A stretch of DNA of 64,000 nucleotides from a virus (lineage: Duplodnaviria; Caudoviricetes), in IMG/VR virus record IMGVR_UViG_3300028833_000066. One strand, given 5' to 3'. A model generated the notes under the pieces. The model was not told the DNA's origin. It saw nothing but the letters and a program-made list of their open reading frames with translations, and did not search any database. This document shows positions 50,977 to 61,289 of the stretch, piece after piece. The stretch's first letter is position 1. Each line of letters starts with the position of its first letter. The translations under genes and the position numbers were made by a program.

Positions 50977-51463
50977 GCGGCCCACCTTTATGGTTTAGCA
51001 CTTTAATGTGTTAAAGTGGAGGCACCTGTAACACTTTTGTAACAAATTAAAATCCTGCTTAGTCGGCCGGTATCGTTATAAATCCATAATATTTGAAAGG
51101 TGGAGGGTGGTTCTTGTTCGCGTTTTATTTTTCAAAATAAGCATACCCCCGCCCGCGGAAAAGGATTTATAATTGTTACACCCCACAGTGAAATTTTGTA
51201 ACATTTTTGTAACAAATTCGGACCTACCCTAGCTTCCAGGTGCTAGCTTCCAGCATTTTCCAGACCCCGGGGGCTAGCTTTCGGGATTTTTTGAAAAGTT
51301 AGTCTAGACTAACTAGGGGCGTGCCCAAATTCCACCAACTTTTTTAAAAAATAACTTAAACCACCAACTTTTAAAAATAACCTTCAAAACTAATACTCAA
51401 ACACTTGACAATGCCAAGCCCGATATGTTATAATTTAATCAAGGCAAAGAGGTGTTGAAACAA

Positions 51464-52792
51464 ATGAAAAAAGCTTATTCCCTTGATTATTCAATAGAAC
51501 GCGATACAGACCGTACCGCCGCTATCTATGATATACTTGATCGTTTGGACAAAGTGCCAAGTAATACAGAACTTGAACAAATGGCCAACTACATACTTTA
51601 TGGTAAAGATGAAAATGATTAGAATACGGTACAAAGAAAAGAAATAACTGACTCCAACAAGAGATACGGCTCCTTTAAAACTATGGATGACAAACTTCTT
51701 TCATTGGATGAAATATTAGATAATCCAATGGCAGATCATCAAATTTTGGAGCAAAGATATAAACCCTCAGTTTACAAAAAGCCAAAGCCGCATATTGATA
51801 TGCCGAAATATGATAAAAAGACGGGGGCCCTAATAGACCCTGGCGATTCCGACATTCCGTACATGAAAGAACTATGGGACTCTATTAATAGAATGGAACA
51901 TACCGTTGCGGTAAATGAGGGGAAAATTGCGGCCGACGATACTACTCCCATTCTTAAAGATGATTATCGCCTTTATTAGTTAAAGCATTGGCTAATTGAC
52001 TTACGGCGCCACCAATATTATTTGAAGGATGTATATAAACCTGAATTACACTTTTTAGGTATGGATCATCCAAAGCCCCAATTTTACGATTGGACCTCTG
52101 ATGCATTTTACTGGATTTCACGTGACGAGTGGCAAAAAAAGGTTGACAATTCATTAGTACATTATATTTCCAAAAACATTGATGACTATGAGAAACGCAT
52201 TAATCCTTATACTGGAAAAGAAGAAATTAAGTGGGTTGTACGCGAACACCATTTTGATTGGGAAAACCCCGCACATGTAAAGGCTTTAATAAATTGGTAT
52301 GAACCATTGTATGATTAGCTATATGAAAAATTAGATACTTATGGCCGCACCTTAATATGGGACTTTGAACGCTATCGTAAAATGGCCAATTTTTCAGAAG
52401 TAAGAAATTTTATTTTAGAACTAAAAATTCATCGCACTCCTTATAGTGAAATAGTTGAGTTATTACAAAAAACTTATGGACTAAAATATACTGAAAATTA
52501 TTTATGCACAATTTTATCAAAAGAAATACCAGAAAAAATAGCACAAACAGCATAGAAATGGCGCCTTATTGTTGAGACACCCGAAGACGAGTTAAAAGAA
52601 TGTTATACGTGCGGCCGCAAGCTACCACGACACAAACTCTTCTTTGTGTGTAATAAAAACAGAAAGGATGGTTTCTCATCTAATTGTAAAGAATGTGAGA
52701 AATTACATCGTATTGAAAGAGGAGGTCAAAGTGTAGATGACTAGCGAAATAAAGAAACGCAAGTGCTTAAAATGCAAATAGGAAAAACCTGA
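51464..52792 (+). CDS. Hypothetical protein with C-terminal zinc finger, 442 aa (code 15)
   Basis: GAGGTG RBS; pieces 51683-51979 and 52022-52318 join via TAG; CYTC...CKEC. Confidence 0.75.
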
Positions 52793-53669
52793 ACATGCGT
52801 TTTAGCCTACTAAATCTCCATTCTTTCCGGGCCATCGTTCTCTTATTTGTACAAGCTGTTTGGAAACGTTAATACATTAGGATAATTTAAATGAAGTTGA
52901 TGCGCTTTGCCGCTATTTAGACTTGCCGCTGGATCTTAATAAATGGACTTAGCTGTATGATATACATAAAGATCATACATTATCAGCTTATTTTAATACA
53001 TTGCTTGATGATAGGTATGCGGCCATAAGCTGGGCCGATGAAAATGAGCGCTGGCGGCTAGCCCGTGAAGAAGGCACTATAGATGATGAAATAGATAAAA
53101 TTTCTGAATCTAAGTTGAAGAGACTAAAAAAAGATTGGTCTCCATCATATACTAAAGATGAACTATTATTTTTAGAAGATTATTATAATTAGATTATTGC
53201 CACTTAGAATGTTTCAACTCCAATCTTAAAATCACGTGCCCGTGATCTTTGTGAATTAACATTGCGTGCGAAAAAAGCTATGCGCGAAGGCTTAGATGTA
53301 AAAAAGGATATGGACGCTATCGCGGCTATAATTAAGGATTGTAAGTTTGAGGCTAATAATGCTAAAAATGCGGCCGACTTTGAATCCGTTGGAGAACTTA
53401 TGGTTTATTATGGAAAAAAGGGCTGGCATCCAAAATGGCACACAGAACCGCAAGATTCAATGGATTTTATGATGTAGAATATTTAGAACTACTTAAAGCG
53501 GCTAGTTATAAATGAAGGTAATTTTGCTGAACAAGTAGAAGATAAAAAAGCTCGTTATAATATGACTGAGCGTCTAGAAGAAATTGAAAATGAAGCAGTT
53601 GAATTTGATGATACTGCTGATATAGAATATGAGGGCGAAGATGAACTCGTCGGTGATTTAAATGAATGA
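52737..53669 (+). CDS. Zinc-finger protein upstream of the terminase (possible small terminase), 310 aa (code 15)
   Basis: GGAGG RBS; CLKC..CTSC; in-frame TAG joins; position in the gene order. Confidence 0.7.
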
Positions 53670-55449
53670 GAATACTGATGTTTGTTATAGAGATGGTATT
53701 CCAATTGAGAAAGGCGTAGTTCTTACTCGTGAATTTTTAGACGCTAATTAGGAACTTTTTACTAATTATCTAAATTATTGGTTACTTTATCCAGATTTAT
53801 TTTTAGATGCTATATAGGATTCAGATGATGCTAAACACTTTCATTTACTGCCTTTTTAGCGTATTTCACTTCGTGCTTCAATGCGTTATCGTTATCATTT
53901 CTGGACCGCGACACGTGCTACTTCTAAATCTTTTACAGCATATTTAAGTGCGGTTGTGCGCGCAGTGTTATTACCTAATTCAACTATAATGATTGCTTCT
54001 GATGTAAAAGGAACAGTTATTAAAATTGCTTAGGCTAAGTTTGAAGAAATATTCAAACATTGGCCTTTATTGCGTAAAGAATTAACTGTTAGAGCTGAGG
54101 ATGGTAAAACAGGTCAAAAGGCTAGCGGCAACTACTATGAATTGTGGTTTAAGAATGGTTCAATGATTTCTGTTGTATCCAAAGACACTTCTCGTGGTTT
54201 AAGAGCTACTGCTGCGATTCTTGAAGAAGCCGCTCTTATTGAAGAAGTCCCATATAATGAAGTTCTACTACCGCAAATGAATATTAAAAGAAGAGAAGTT
54301 GATGGCACTTTAAATCCAGAAGAACCATCTGCGGCTCAAATATTTATTACTACTAGTGCCGAACGTACAGTATTTATGTATTAGAAACTTATAGAAATAA
54401 CCATTAATGCTGTCTTGCGGCCAGATGAGTATTTTTCTTGGGGCCTATCATATGAGGTCCCCTTACATTATGGGCTTTTAGATAAAGCAACCTTATTAGA
54501 CCAGCGTTATTCTTCTACGGTGAGTGAAGAATCATTTTCTCGTGAAAATTTATCAATTTGGACTGGTAATAATAAAGATGCGTGGTTGGATTCTCGCAGA
54601 CTTAATAAGCGTCGTACTTTATTAAAATGTGAACGTAAAGCATAGGAGAATCCGCCTAACCCCAATACTTTTTATATAATAGGGGTTGACGTAGCTAGAT
54701 ATTCCGCGAATACGGCTATTATGGTTTTTAAAGTTTTGCCGCAATCTGAAGGCTTTAAGAAAAACTTAATTTATACCGAAGTAATACACGGCGCTAACTA
54801 TATAACTGATTAGGCACCCCGTCTTAAAAAATTAATTTCTCTATTTTAGCCAAGAGAAATTGTTATCGACGGTAATGGCCCTGGTATTGGTTTATTAGAT
54901 GCTATGGTTGTTCCGTCATTTGATGCTAAAACAGGAGAACAATTCCCCGCATATTATGTTTTTAATAACGATCATCATTTGCCACCAGAAATGAAAGTAG
55001 AATCAGAAGAACCCAAACCAGAGTATAGAGCCATTATTTATGACATTAAGGCTGGTTCATCTAATGATGACTTAATTCATTCTAATTTCTTTTCACAAAT
55101 TAATAATGGTACAGTATCATTATTAGCAAATGAACGTATTGTAAAAGATAAATTAGTCTAGACTAAAAAAGGCTAGCGTATGTCATTGTATGATAGACGA
55201 GTTTATTTAATGCCATATGAAATGACTTCGCGGCTAGTAGATGAATGTAATAATTTGCGGTTGAAGCCTACTGGTATTTAGAATCAATTTAAAGTAGAAC
55301 GCATTTCTAAGTCTATTGAAAAGGACCGTTTTTCCGCGATGGAGTATGGACTTTACAGAATAAAGTATTATGAAGATAAAGCGGCAAAGCGAAAAATGCG
55401 GAAACATATATCAGATTTTACTTTCTTTACTTCACATAAGAGGGGGTGA
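53662..55449 (+). CDS. terL: Terminase large subunit, 595 aa (code 15)
   Basis: Q-motif LLPF-TAG-R (53857); Walker A TRATSKS; Walker B AILEEA; nuclease GVDVAR, IDGNG, KDRFSA. Confidence 0.9.
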
Positions 55450-56996
55450 GTAATTTGGGCGATGAAAAAAGGAACTTTAAGTCCTATAAAAAATTAATAG
55501 CAGAAAGAGCGCCATTAAATGAGCGTTCGTATTCTAGAGGTTGGTATAAAAATGCAGAATCAGTATCAAGAGACTTCAATATTGAAGAAATTGAAGAAAT
55601 TATTTGTTCAGGTGATACGATACATTTGCGTGAGCTCTCTCGTTTTTATTATAGAACTAATAGTAGTTATAGAAATAACATTGATTTCCTAGCTCATTTA
55701 CCATTATATGATACTGCCGTAATTCCAGTATATTAGCCTGGCAAGGGCTCTGAAACATAGATGATGAAGGCATTCTATAATGCTTGCGAATTTGTAGAAA
55801 ATTTAGATTTACCTAATGCTCTTTCTCATATTACTACTGAATGGTTAATTAATGGCGTATATTATGGGATATTAAGAACTTCAAAAGATAAAGTAACAAT
55901 TTAGGATTTACCGCTACAATATTGCCGCACTCGGTTTAAGGATTTCAATAATTTAAATATACTAGAATTTAATTTAAATTATTTTATGAAATTTACCGAT
56001 GAGAAAACCAGAAATGAAGTAGTTTCTACTTTCCCAGAGGTCGTTTAGACAGCTTGGAAACAATGGAATCGCGGAAAGAAACAAACCGATCCTTGGGTAA
56101 TGATAGAAGCTGGCGGCGGAGGGGTATGTTTCAGTTTTACAACAGATGGCGTGCCTCCTTTAATTGGTAGTATTCCAGAACTAAAAAAACTTGCCGATGC
56201 TATTAAACGCGAAGAAAAGCGTGATGAAAATGAATTACATAAATTATTAATTCAAGAAATGCCAATTGATAGTAATGGTCAATTAGTATTTGAATTAGAA
56301 GAAGTAGCAGATATACATTCATCTGTTGCTTCTATGTTAGAGGATTTAGATACTGTTGATGTATTAACTACATTTGGAGAAGCAAAACTTGAAAGTGTCC
56401 AAGACAGTTCGGCTGCTACATAGTCTGCGGATAGAATTGAAAAATATAAAAATAATGCTTGGGATGCTCTTGGTCGTAGTCATATTTTATTTAATCCAGA
56501 TGGCAGTGCTGCATTAGATTATGCTATTAAAAAAGATGAGAGTCTTATGAATGGATATTTAAATTAGTATGAAACTTGGATTAAATTTCATATTAATGAT
56601 AAATTTGCACGTACCAATCTTACGTTTGACTTTGAAATTTTACCAATTACAGTATTTAATCGAGAAGAAATGCAAGGTGTATATTTCCGTGGAGCCCAAT
56701 ATGGCTATTCAAAGATGCTTGCGGGTGTAGCTATGGGTGTAAAGCAGCGTGATCAATTAAGCTTAATGCACTTTGAGAATGATATTCTTGAAATGTCTAT
56801 TAAAATGATTCCTTTACAATCTTCTTACACTACATCTGGTATTCCTGGTCAATAGACAGGAAATTCTTCTTCATCAGCACAAAATACTATAACATAGAAG
56901 TCAAGTGACAACACTAATAATACAGGTGGTCGCCCTGAACTTCCTGACGATAAAAAATCAGAAAAAACTCAGGCAAATATTGCGGCCGCTGGATAA
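55446..56996 (+). CDS. Portal protein, about 515 aa (code 15)
   Basis: Follows terL; pieces join via TAG; C-terminal PLQSSYT...GGRP. Confidence 0.8.
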
Positions 56997-57007
56997 GAGG
57001 GATAATT

Positions 57008-58291
57008 ATGGATAGAAAAATACCAGTTTATTTTGATGTCTAGGTTATGAACTCACCAATAACCGCGATTTCCAGTACTGAACCTAATTTAGGGCGATTG
57101 AAGGTTGCTGTGTTCACTAAATACGCTAACCGCAATGGATCATATATTACTGATGCTGTTGCTGAATAGCTTATTGCGAGTGCCACTCGCGGCAACACTC
57201 CTGTTGTAGGTTTCTTTGATCCAGAAACACAAAGTTGGGCTAGTCATACTGGTCCTACTTTAGCTAATGGATATGGTTATGTTGAAGAGTTTCTTGGGTG
57301 GGAACCTTTAACAGATACCGATGGTGTAACTCGTGATTATGCAATCTTTTCTGTAGTTTTATTTACAGAATATTTTGCAGAGGCACAAAAAATTTTGGGA
57401 CAACATCAATCAATGGAACTTGATCCTAATAGTATTACTGGAGATTGGGGAGAAATATCCGGTGAATATTATTATATATATAAAACCGCCAAGATGTTAG
57501 GTTTTTGTATAATTGGTGAGCACGAACCTTGTTTTTCTGTATCTTCATTCTTTTCTAAAAATGATGAAGCATACGCGAATCAATTTGATAAGTTTTCTTC
57601 ACTTTTGTCATCTTTAAAGGAACGAGTTGAAGAGGCTGATAATAATGCAAAAGGAGGAGAACAAATTATGGATCCAACTTTAGAAAATCAAGAAGTTGAA
57701 GTTGAAGTTGTAGAAGAAAATGTTGAAACTCCTGCGGAAGAACCCGTAGTTGAATTTGAAAACAATGAAGAAGAAGTTGTTGAGCCCGTGGAAGAGCCCG
57801 TTGCAGAGGTTGAGGAAACTCCCGCTGAAGACGAAGAAGAGCCTGCGGCTGAGCCTACTGAATTTGAAGCACTACAATCTCAATTTAATCAGCTTCAAGA
57901 GCAATTTAATGAGTTAAATACCAATTATGAAGCCGCACAAAATCGGGTAACAGAATTAGAAACTGCGCATGCGGCCGAAATTGAAACTTTAAATAACACT
58001 ATCGCGAATTTACAGGCATCTTTATCTAACTATCAAGCACAGGCAATTGCCTCTGAAAATGCTCGTAAAAATGCTTTAGTAGAAAAATATGAAAAAATTA
58101 TCGGAGAGGAAGAAATTAGTGAAATTAAGAACAAGACTAATGACTTCTCCTATGATGAATTGGAAAGTAAGTTGGCAATTACATTTGCTAACAAACAGCT
58201 CAATAGTGTGGAAGAAAGCCCGGTGGTTCCACTCTTAGAGCCAGAAGAATCTCAATTCGCCTTACTTATGAAGAAATATCGTAAAAATTAA
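57008..58291 (+). CDS. Prohead protease/scaffold fusion, 427 aa (code 15; internal start at 57668)
   Basis: NRNGSYI, QSMEL, GFCIIG..EPCF; acidic coiled-coil C-terminus; internal AAGGAGG-ATG. Confidence 0.8.
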
Positions 58292-58305
58292 GGAGGGAAT
58301 AAGTT

Positions 58306-58887
58306 ATGGCTGATTACAATAGATTTCCTGTTGAACAGTATGCCACTCTTGAGCTAAATCAGGTAGCTTTCCCAAAGACTGGCATGGTAGTTTCTCAGAC
58401 TCCACTTGGCACTGCTTTCACCAAGGATGCTCCTTGCGAGAATGGTATGTGGGTTGTAGCTGACAAGGCTGCTGGTGCTATTAATGCTCCTGCCGCTGCT
58501 ACTGACAAGCCAATTGGTATTGTATATACTGCTGAGAAAGAATATGACATTTTCCATTATGGTCTAAAGACCTTCGGCCGCAAGATTGCTGGCGATTATC
58601 CTCGTGTAGGTATTTTAGGTATTGGTGATACTGTAACTACTAATTGCTTACAATATAGTACTTCTGTATTTGCTGATGATGCTGCTCTAGATACATATCT
58701 AAAGGGCGATTTAACTACTGCTCCTGCTTATGTAATTATTGATGTTACAACTGGTGCAAAAGCTGCTGTTCCTACACTTGTAAAGGCTCTACCACAGAAT
58801 TATGCTGGTGCTTATGGCAGAGTCGTAAAATATTACACTGTACCTAACGGCGAAAAGGGCGTTAAGTATCAGATGGTAAGAGTATAA
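58306..58887 (+). CDS. Capsid decoration/head protein
   Basis: Lies between scaffold and MCP; ELNQVAF..CENGM; TAG-free. Confidence 0.7.
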   Translation: MADYNRFPVEQYATLELNQVAFPKTGMVVSQTPLGTAFTKDAPCENGMWVVADKAAGAINAPAAATDKPIGIVYTAEKEYDIFHYGLKTFGRKIAGDYPRVGILGIGDTVTTNCLQYSTSVFADDAALDTYLKGDLTTAPAYVIIDVTTGAKAAVPTLVKALPQNYAGAYGRVVKYYTVPNGEKGVKYQMVRV

Positions 58888-58902
58888 TGGGAGGTGCGAA
58901 CT

Positions 58903-60021
58903 ATGAATAATCTACAAATTTTAATGAATGGTGTATTCGGCCGCAAGGTTCCTGCTGAGTTCGCTGCCGCCGACTATGATTATGAAGCTGCTCTACATGA
59001 TGAGCTAGTAAAGCTTCTTTGTGACGATAAGGGCAAGTTTAGCCGTTCTAAGTATCGTCGTAATAAGGTTGAACTATTTGAACTTCTAGAACAGAATCTA
59101 GAAGAAGTACTCCCACGCAGCGTTGGTTCTGCCCTAGATATGTTCTGCGAGATTATTCACGTAGGACAGGGCGATCGTCTTGAGTTCCGTGTAACCAAGG
59201 GCAAGCAGCGTGGTCGCCAGTTCGTAACTCGTGCTACCGAGTCTGGCAACTATGAGACTTTCCGTCTTGATCGTGATCGTTTCGACATCTGGACCCAGGC
59301 TATTGGTGGTGCCGGATATGTTGATTTCGAGCGTTATCTTGATGGCGTTGAAAATATGTCTGATATTTATGAAGTAATTCAACAGGGTATTGTTGACCGT
59401 ATCTTTGAAATGGTTCAGGAAGCTCTACTACAGACTTGGAATCTAGCTGGCCGTCCTGCCGCTAACAAGGTTGTTGCTACTAACTTTGACCCAGCCGCTA
59501 TGGTAAAGCTTTGCAATACCGTTGCTGCTTATGGTGCTCCAGTTATCTATTGCACTCCTGAGTTCGCTGCTGAAATGACCAATGCTATCGTATATGCTAG
59601 CTCCAATCCTTCTGCTGTTGGCGTAAAGATTTCTGATGTCGATATGCAGGAAGTTCGTGATCGCGGCTACATCGGCAAGTTCCGTGGCGTACCAGTAGTT
59701 GTACTACCACAGTCCTTCACTGATGAATTTAATACCAAGACTGTTATGAATCCTTCTTTCGCTTATGTTATGCCTACTGGCCAAAACAATAAGATAGTAA
59801 AGCTAGGTTTTGAAGGTTCTCCTTACTTCCGTGAATGGGATGACCATGAAGGCGACAATAGCATTGACCTACAGGGTTATGTAAAGTGCGGCGTTGCTGT
59901 AGTTGGTACTCCTAACTATTGGGGAATTTATTACAATGCTGCTATTGATGCTGGTGAGTGGGAAGCTTATAATATGAGCCTACTTTCTGCCGCTGAAAAG
60001 ACTGCTGCTGGTAAGAACTAA
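58903..60021 (+). CDS. Major capsid protein
   Basis: About 372 aa, highly biased codons, position in gene order, GYIGKFRGVPVVVLP; followed by a terminator. Confidence 0.85.
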   Translation: MNNLQILMNGVFGRKVPAEFAAADYDYEAALHDELVKLLCDDKGKFSRSKYRRNKVELFELLEQNLEEVLPRSVGSALDMFCEIIHVGQGDRLEFRVTKGKQRGRQFVTRATESGNYETFRLDRDRFDIWTQAIGGAGYVDFERYLDGVENMSDIYEVIQQGIVDRIFEMVQEALLQTWNLAGRPAANKVVATNFDPAAMVKLCNTVAAYGAPVIYCTPEFAAEMTNAIVYASSNPSAVGVKISDVDMQEVRDRGYIGKFRGVPVVVLPQSFTDEFNTKTVMNPSFAYVMPTGQNNKIVKLGFEGSPYFREWDDHEGDNSIDLQGYVKCGVAVVGTPNYWGIYYNAAIDAGEWEAYNMSLLSAAEKTAAGKN

Positions 60022-60036
60022 TAATAATTATATAAT

Positions 60037-60066
60037 CGGGCGGGATTAATTCCCGCCCGAGCTTTG
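60037..60066 (+). terminator. Hairpin after the major capsid gene
   Basis: TCGGGCGGGA-TTAAT-TCCCGCCCGA. Confidence 0.65.
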
Positions 60067-60088
60067 AGTTAAAAGGAGGAATATTATT

Positions 60089-60532
60089 ATGGATAAAATT
60101 ACACTTAAGAACGTAAGTTCTGCAACAGTAGTTGTGAGCTTACCTGATATTCGTTTTAATCGCACTTTAGCACCCGGGCGCATCGTAACGGTAGAAAAAG
60201 ACATTTATGAAGAAATGATGTTTGATACCGGTATTCAAAATTTACTTCATGCTGGATATATCCGTTTTGATGGTGTTCCAGAAGATGAAGAAACTGTAGT
60301 TGTTGACGACGTGCTAGAGTATAAAGAAATTGAAAAAATGATTGATGATCGTGATATTACAGCATTTGCTAAGTTTATTCCTAATGCTACAATGGCAGAA
60401 AAAGAAACTGTAGTAAAGTATGCTGTAGATAGTAATGTAACTGATAATGCTTTTACCGCTCTAATTAAGAAATATTGCGGCGTAGATGTTATCAACGCAA
60501 TTGCGATTAAGCATCAAGCTGAAGAGAAGTAA
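60089..60532 (+). CDS. Hypothetical head-associated protein
   Basis: AAGGAGG RBS. Confidence 0.75.
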   Translation: MDKITLKNVSSATVVVSLPDIRFNRTLAPGRIVTVEKDIYEEMMFDTGIQNLLHAGYIRFDGVPEDEETVVVDDVLEYKEIEKMIDDRDITAFAKFIPNATMAEKETVVKYAVDSNVTDNAFTALIKKYCGVDVINAIAIKHQAEEK

Positions 60533-60535
60533 TAA

Positions 60536-61018
60536 ATGGCTACTCCCTTTTTGAAAATATATGATGCCTTTTTGGCTAGTATTACAGCTGATGAATGGAC
60601 ACTGGAAGAGGAGTTAGCAATTGTAGAGCGGGATTGGCAAGAGCTCCTAAATAAGGCAGTGTTCCGTTTTAAATATCCTCGTGTTGATTTAACAATTGAA
60701 GAAGTTGGAGAATCTACAGAGGAAGGATTACCACCACCCAAGCAATTTAAAGGCGATTTAGGCAATGATGAAATTCAACTTTTAGCTTTATATATGAAGC
60801 ATGAGTGGGTTAAGCGTTGTGTCGCTAGTTGGGAAAATATTCGTCAGTTATATGCCGATAAAGATTTTTCACAAGCAAATCATTTAGATAAATTAAATAA
60901 ATTAGAAGCAGCCATTGCGTTAGAGATTCATAAAGCCGAAGGTATTTATGACCGCTCTCGTAATAAACGGCCAGCTGATTTATTTAAGAAGTTGGCGGGT
61001 AAAAAGAATGTCGTATGA
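60536..61018 (+). CDS. Putative head-tail adaptor
   Basis: ATPFLKIYDAFL..EIQLLA.YM..EW..DFSQANHL; position in gene order. Confidence 0.65.
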   Translation: MATPFLKIYDAFLASITADEWTLEEELAIVERDWQELLNKAVFRFKYPRVDLTIEEVGESTEEGLPPPKQFKGDLGNDEIQLLALYMKHEWVKRCVASWENIRQLYADKDFSQANHLDKLNKLEAAIALEIHKAEGIYDRSRNKRPADLFKKLAGKKNVV

Positions 61019-61289
61019 TGTAACATTTCAGGGCTATAAGGATAAACTTAAAGGAAGACTTTATGGATTGCTTTGTGAAAAAGAAAAAGATGGAGAGTGG
61101 GAAAAATTTCTTGATTCAATTATTATTGAACTAGAAGGGCTTGGCCCAAATTCCATCAATTATTGGGCTTTAATCGGCAAGTTAAATTCATTACATCATT
61201 TATCTTATGATTACTTTCGTAAGACTATATTTGAATGTATGAATTTAATTGGCGGGCTTGAGCAGACAAGGAATCTTGAAGATGAGTAA
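61008..61289 (+). CDS. Hypothetical protein
   Basis: Overlapping start ATG 61008. Confidence 0.65.
   Translation: MSYDVTFQGYKDKLKGRLYGLLCEKEKDGEWEKFLDSIIIELEGLGPNSINYWALIGKLNSLHHLSYDYFRKTIFECMNLIGGLEQTRNLEDE

Larger units (their letters stand above)
32912..51314. repeat. Dispersed palindrome AGTTAG-N6-CTAACT (>20 copies)
   Basis: e.g. 32912, 34598, 35024, 35858, 36232, 38434, 39399, 42534, 44205, 44830, 45503, 45537, 45577, 46300, 46320, 46351, 46381, 47772, 47804, 48399, 49228, 49635, 50748, 50929, 51297. Confidence 0.9.
32900..51434. promoter_or_regulatory. Early/host-takeover island: about 45 consensus sigma-A promoters with A-tract UP elements, mostly minus strand left of about 46.5 kb and plus strand to the right
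   Basis: TTGAC(A/T)-16/17-TATAAT-like pairs before nearly every gene, e.g. minus 33366-33394, 36150-36177, 39903-39932, 46106-46134; plus 46537-46565, 48033-48061, 50197-50225, 51405-51434. Confidence 0.9.

Noticed and set aside
50994-51022. CIRCE/HrcA operator (TTAGCACT...)
   Set aside because: Only the left half resembles CIRCE; better explained by the CTTTAA-N4-TTAAAG family
32912-51314. Integron attC array
   Set aside because: The GTTAG..CTAAC arms are in the opposite order to RYYYAAC..GTTRRRY, there is no long attC hairpin, no integrase is in the window, and the cassettes have their own promoters
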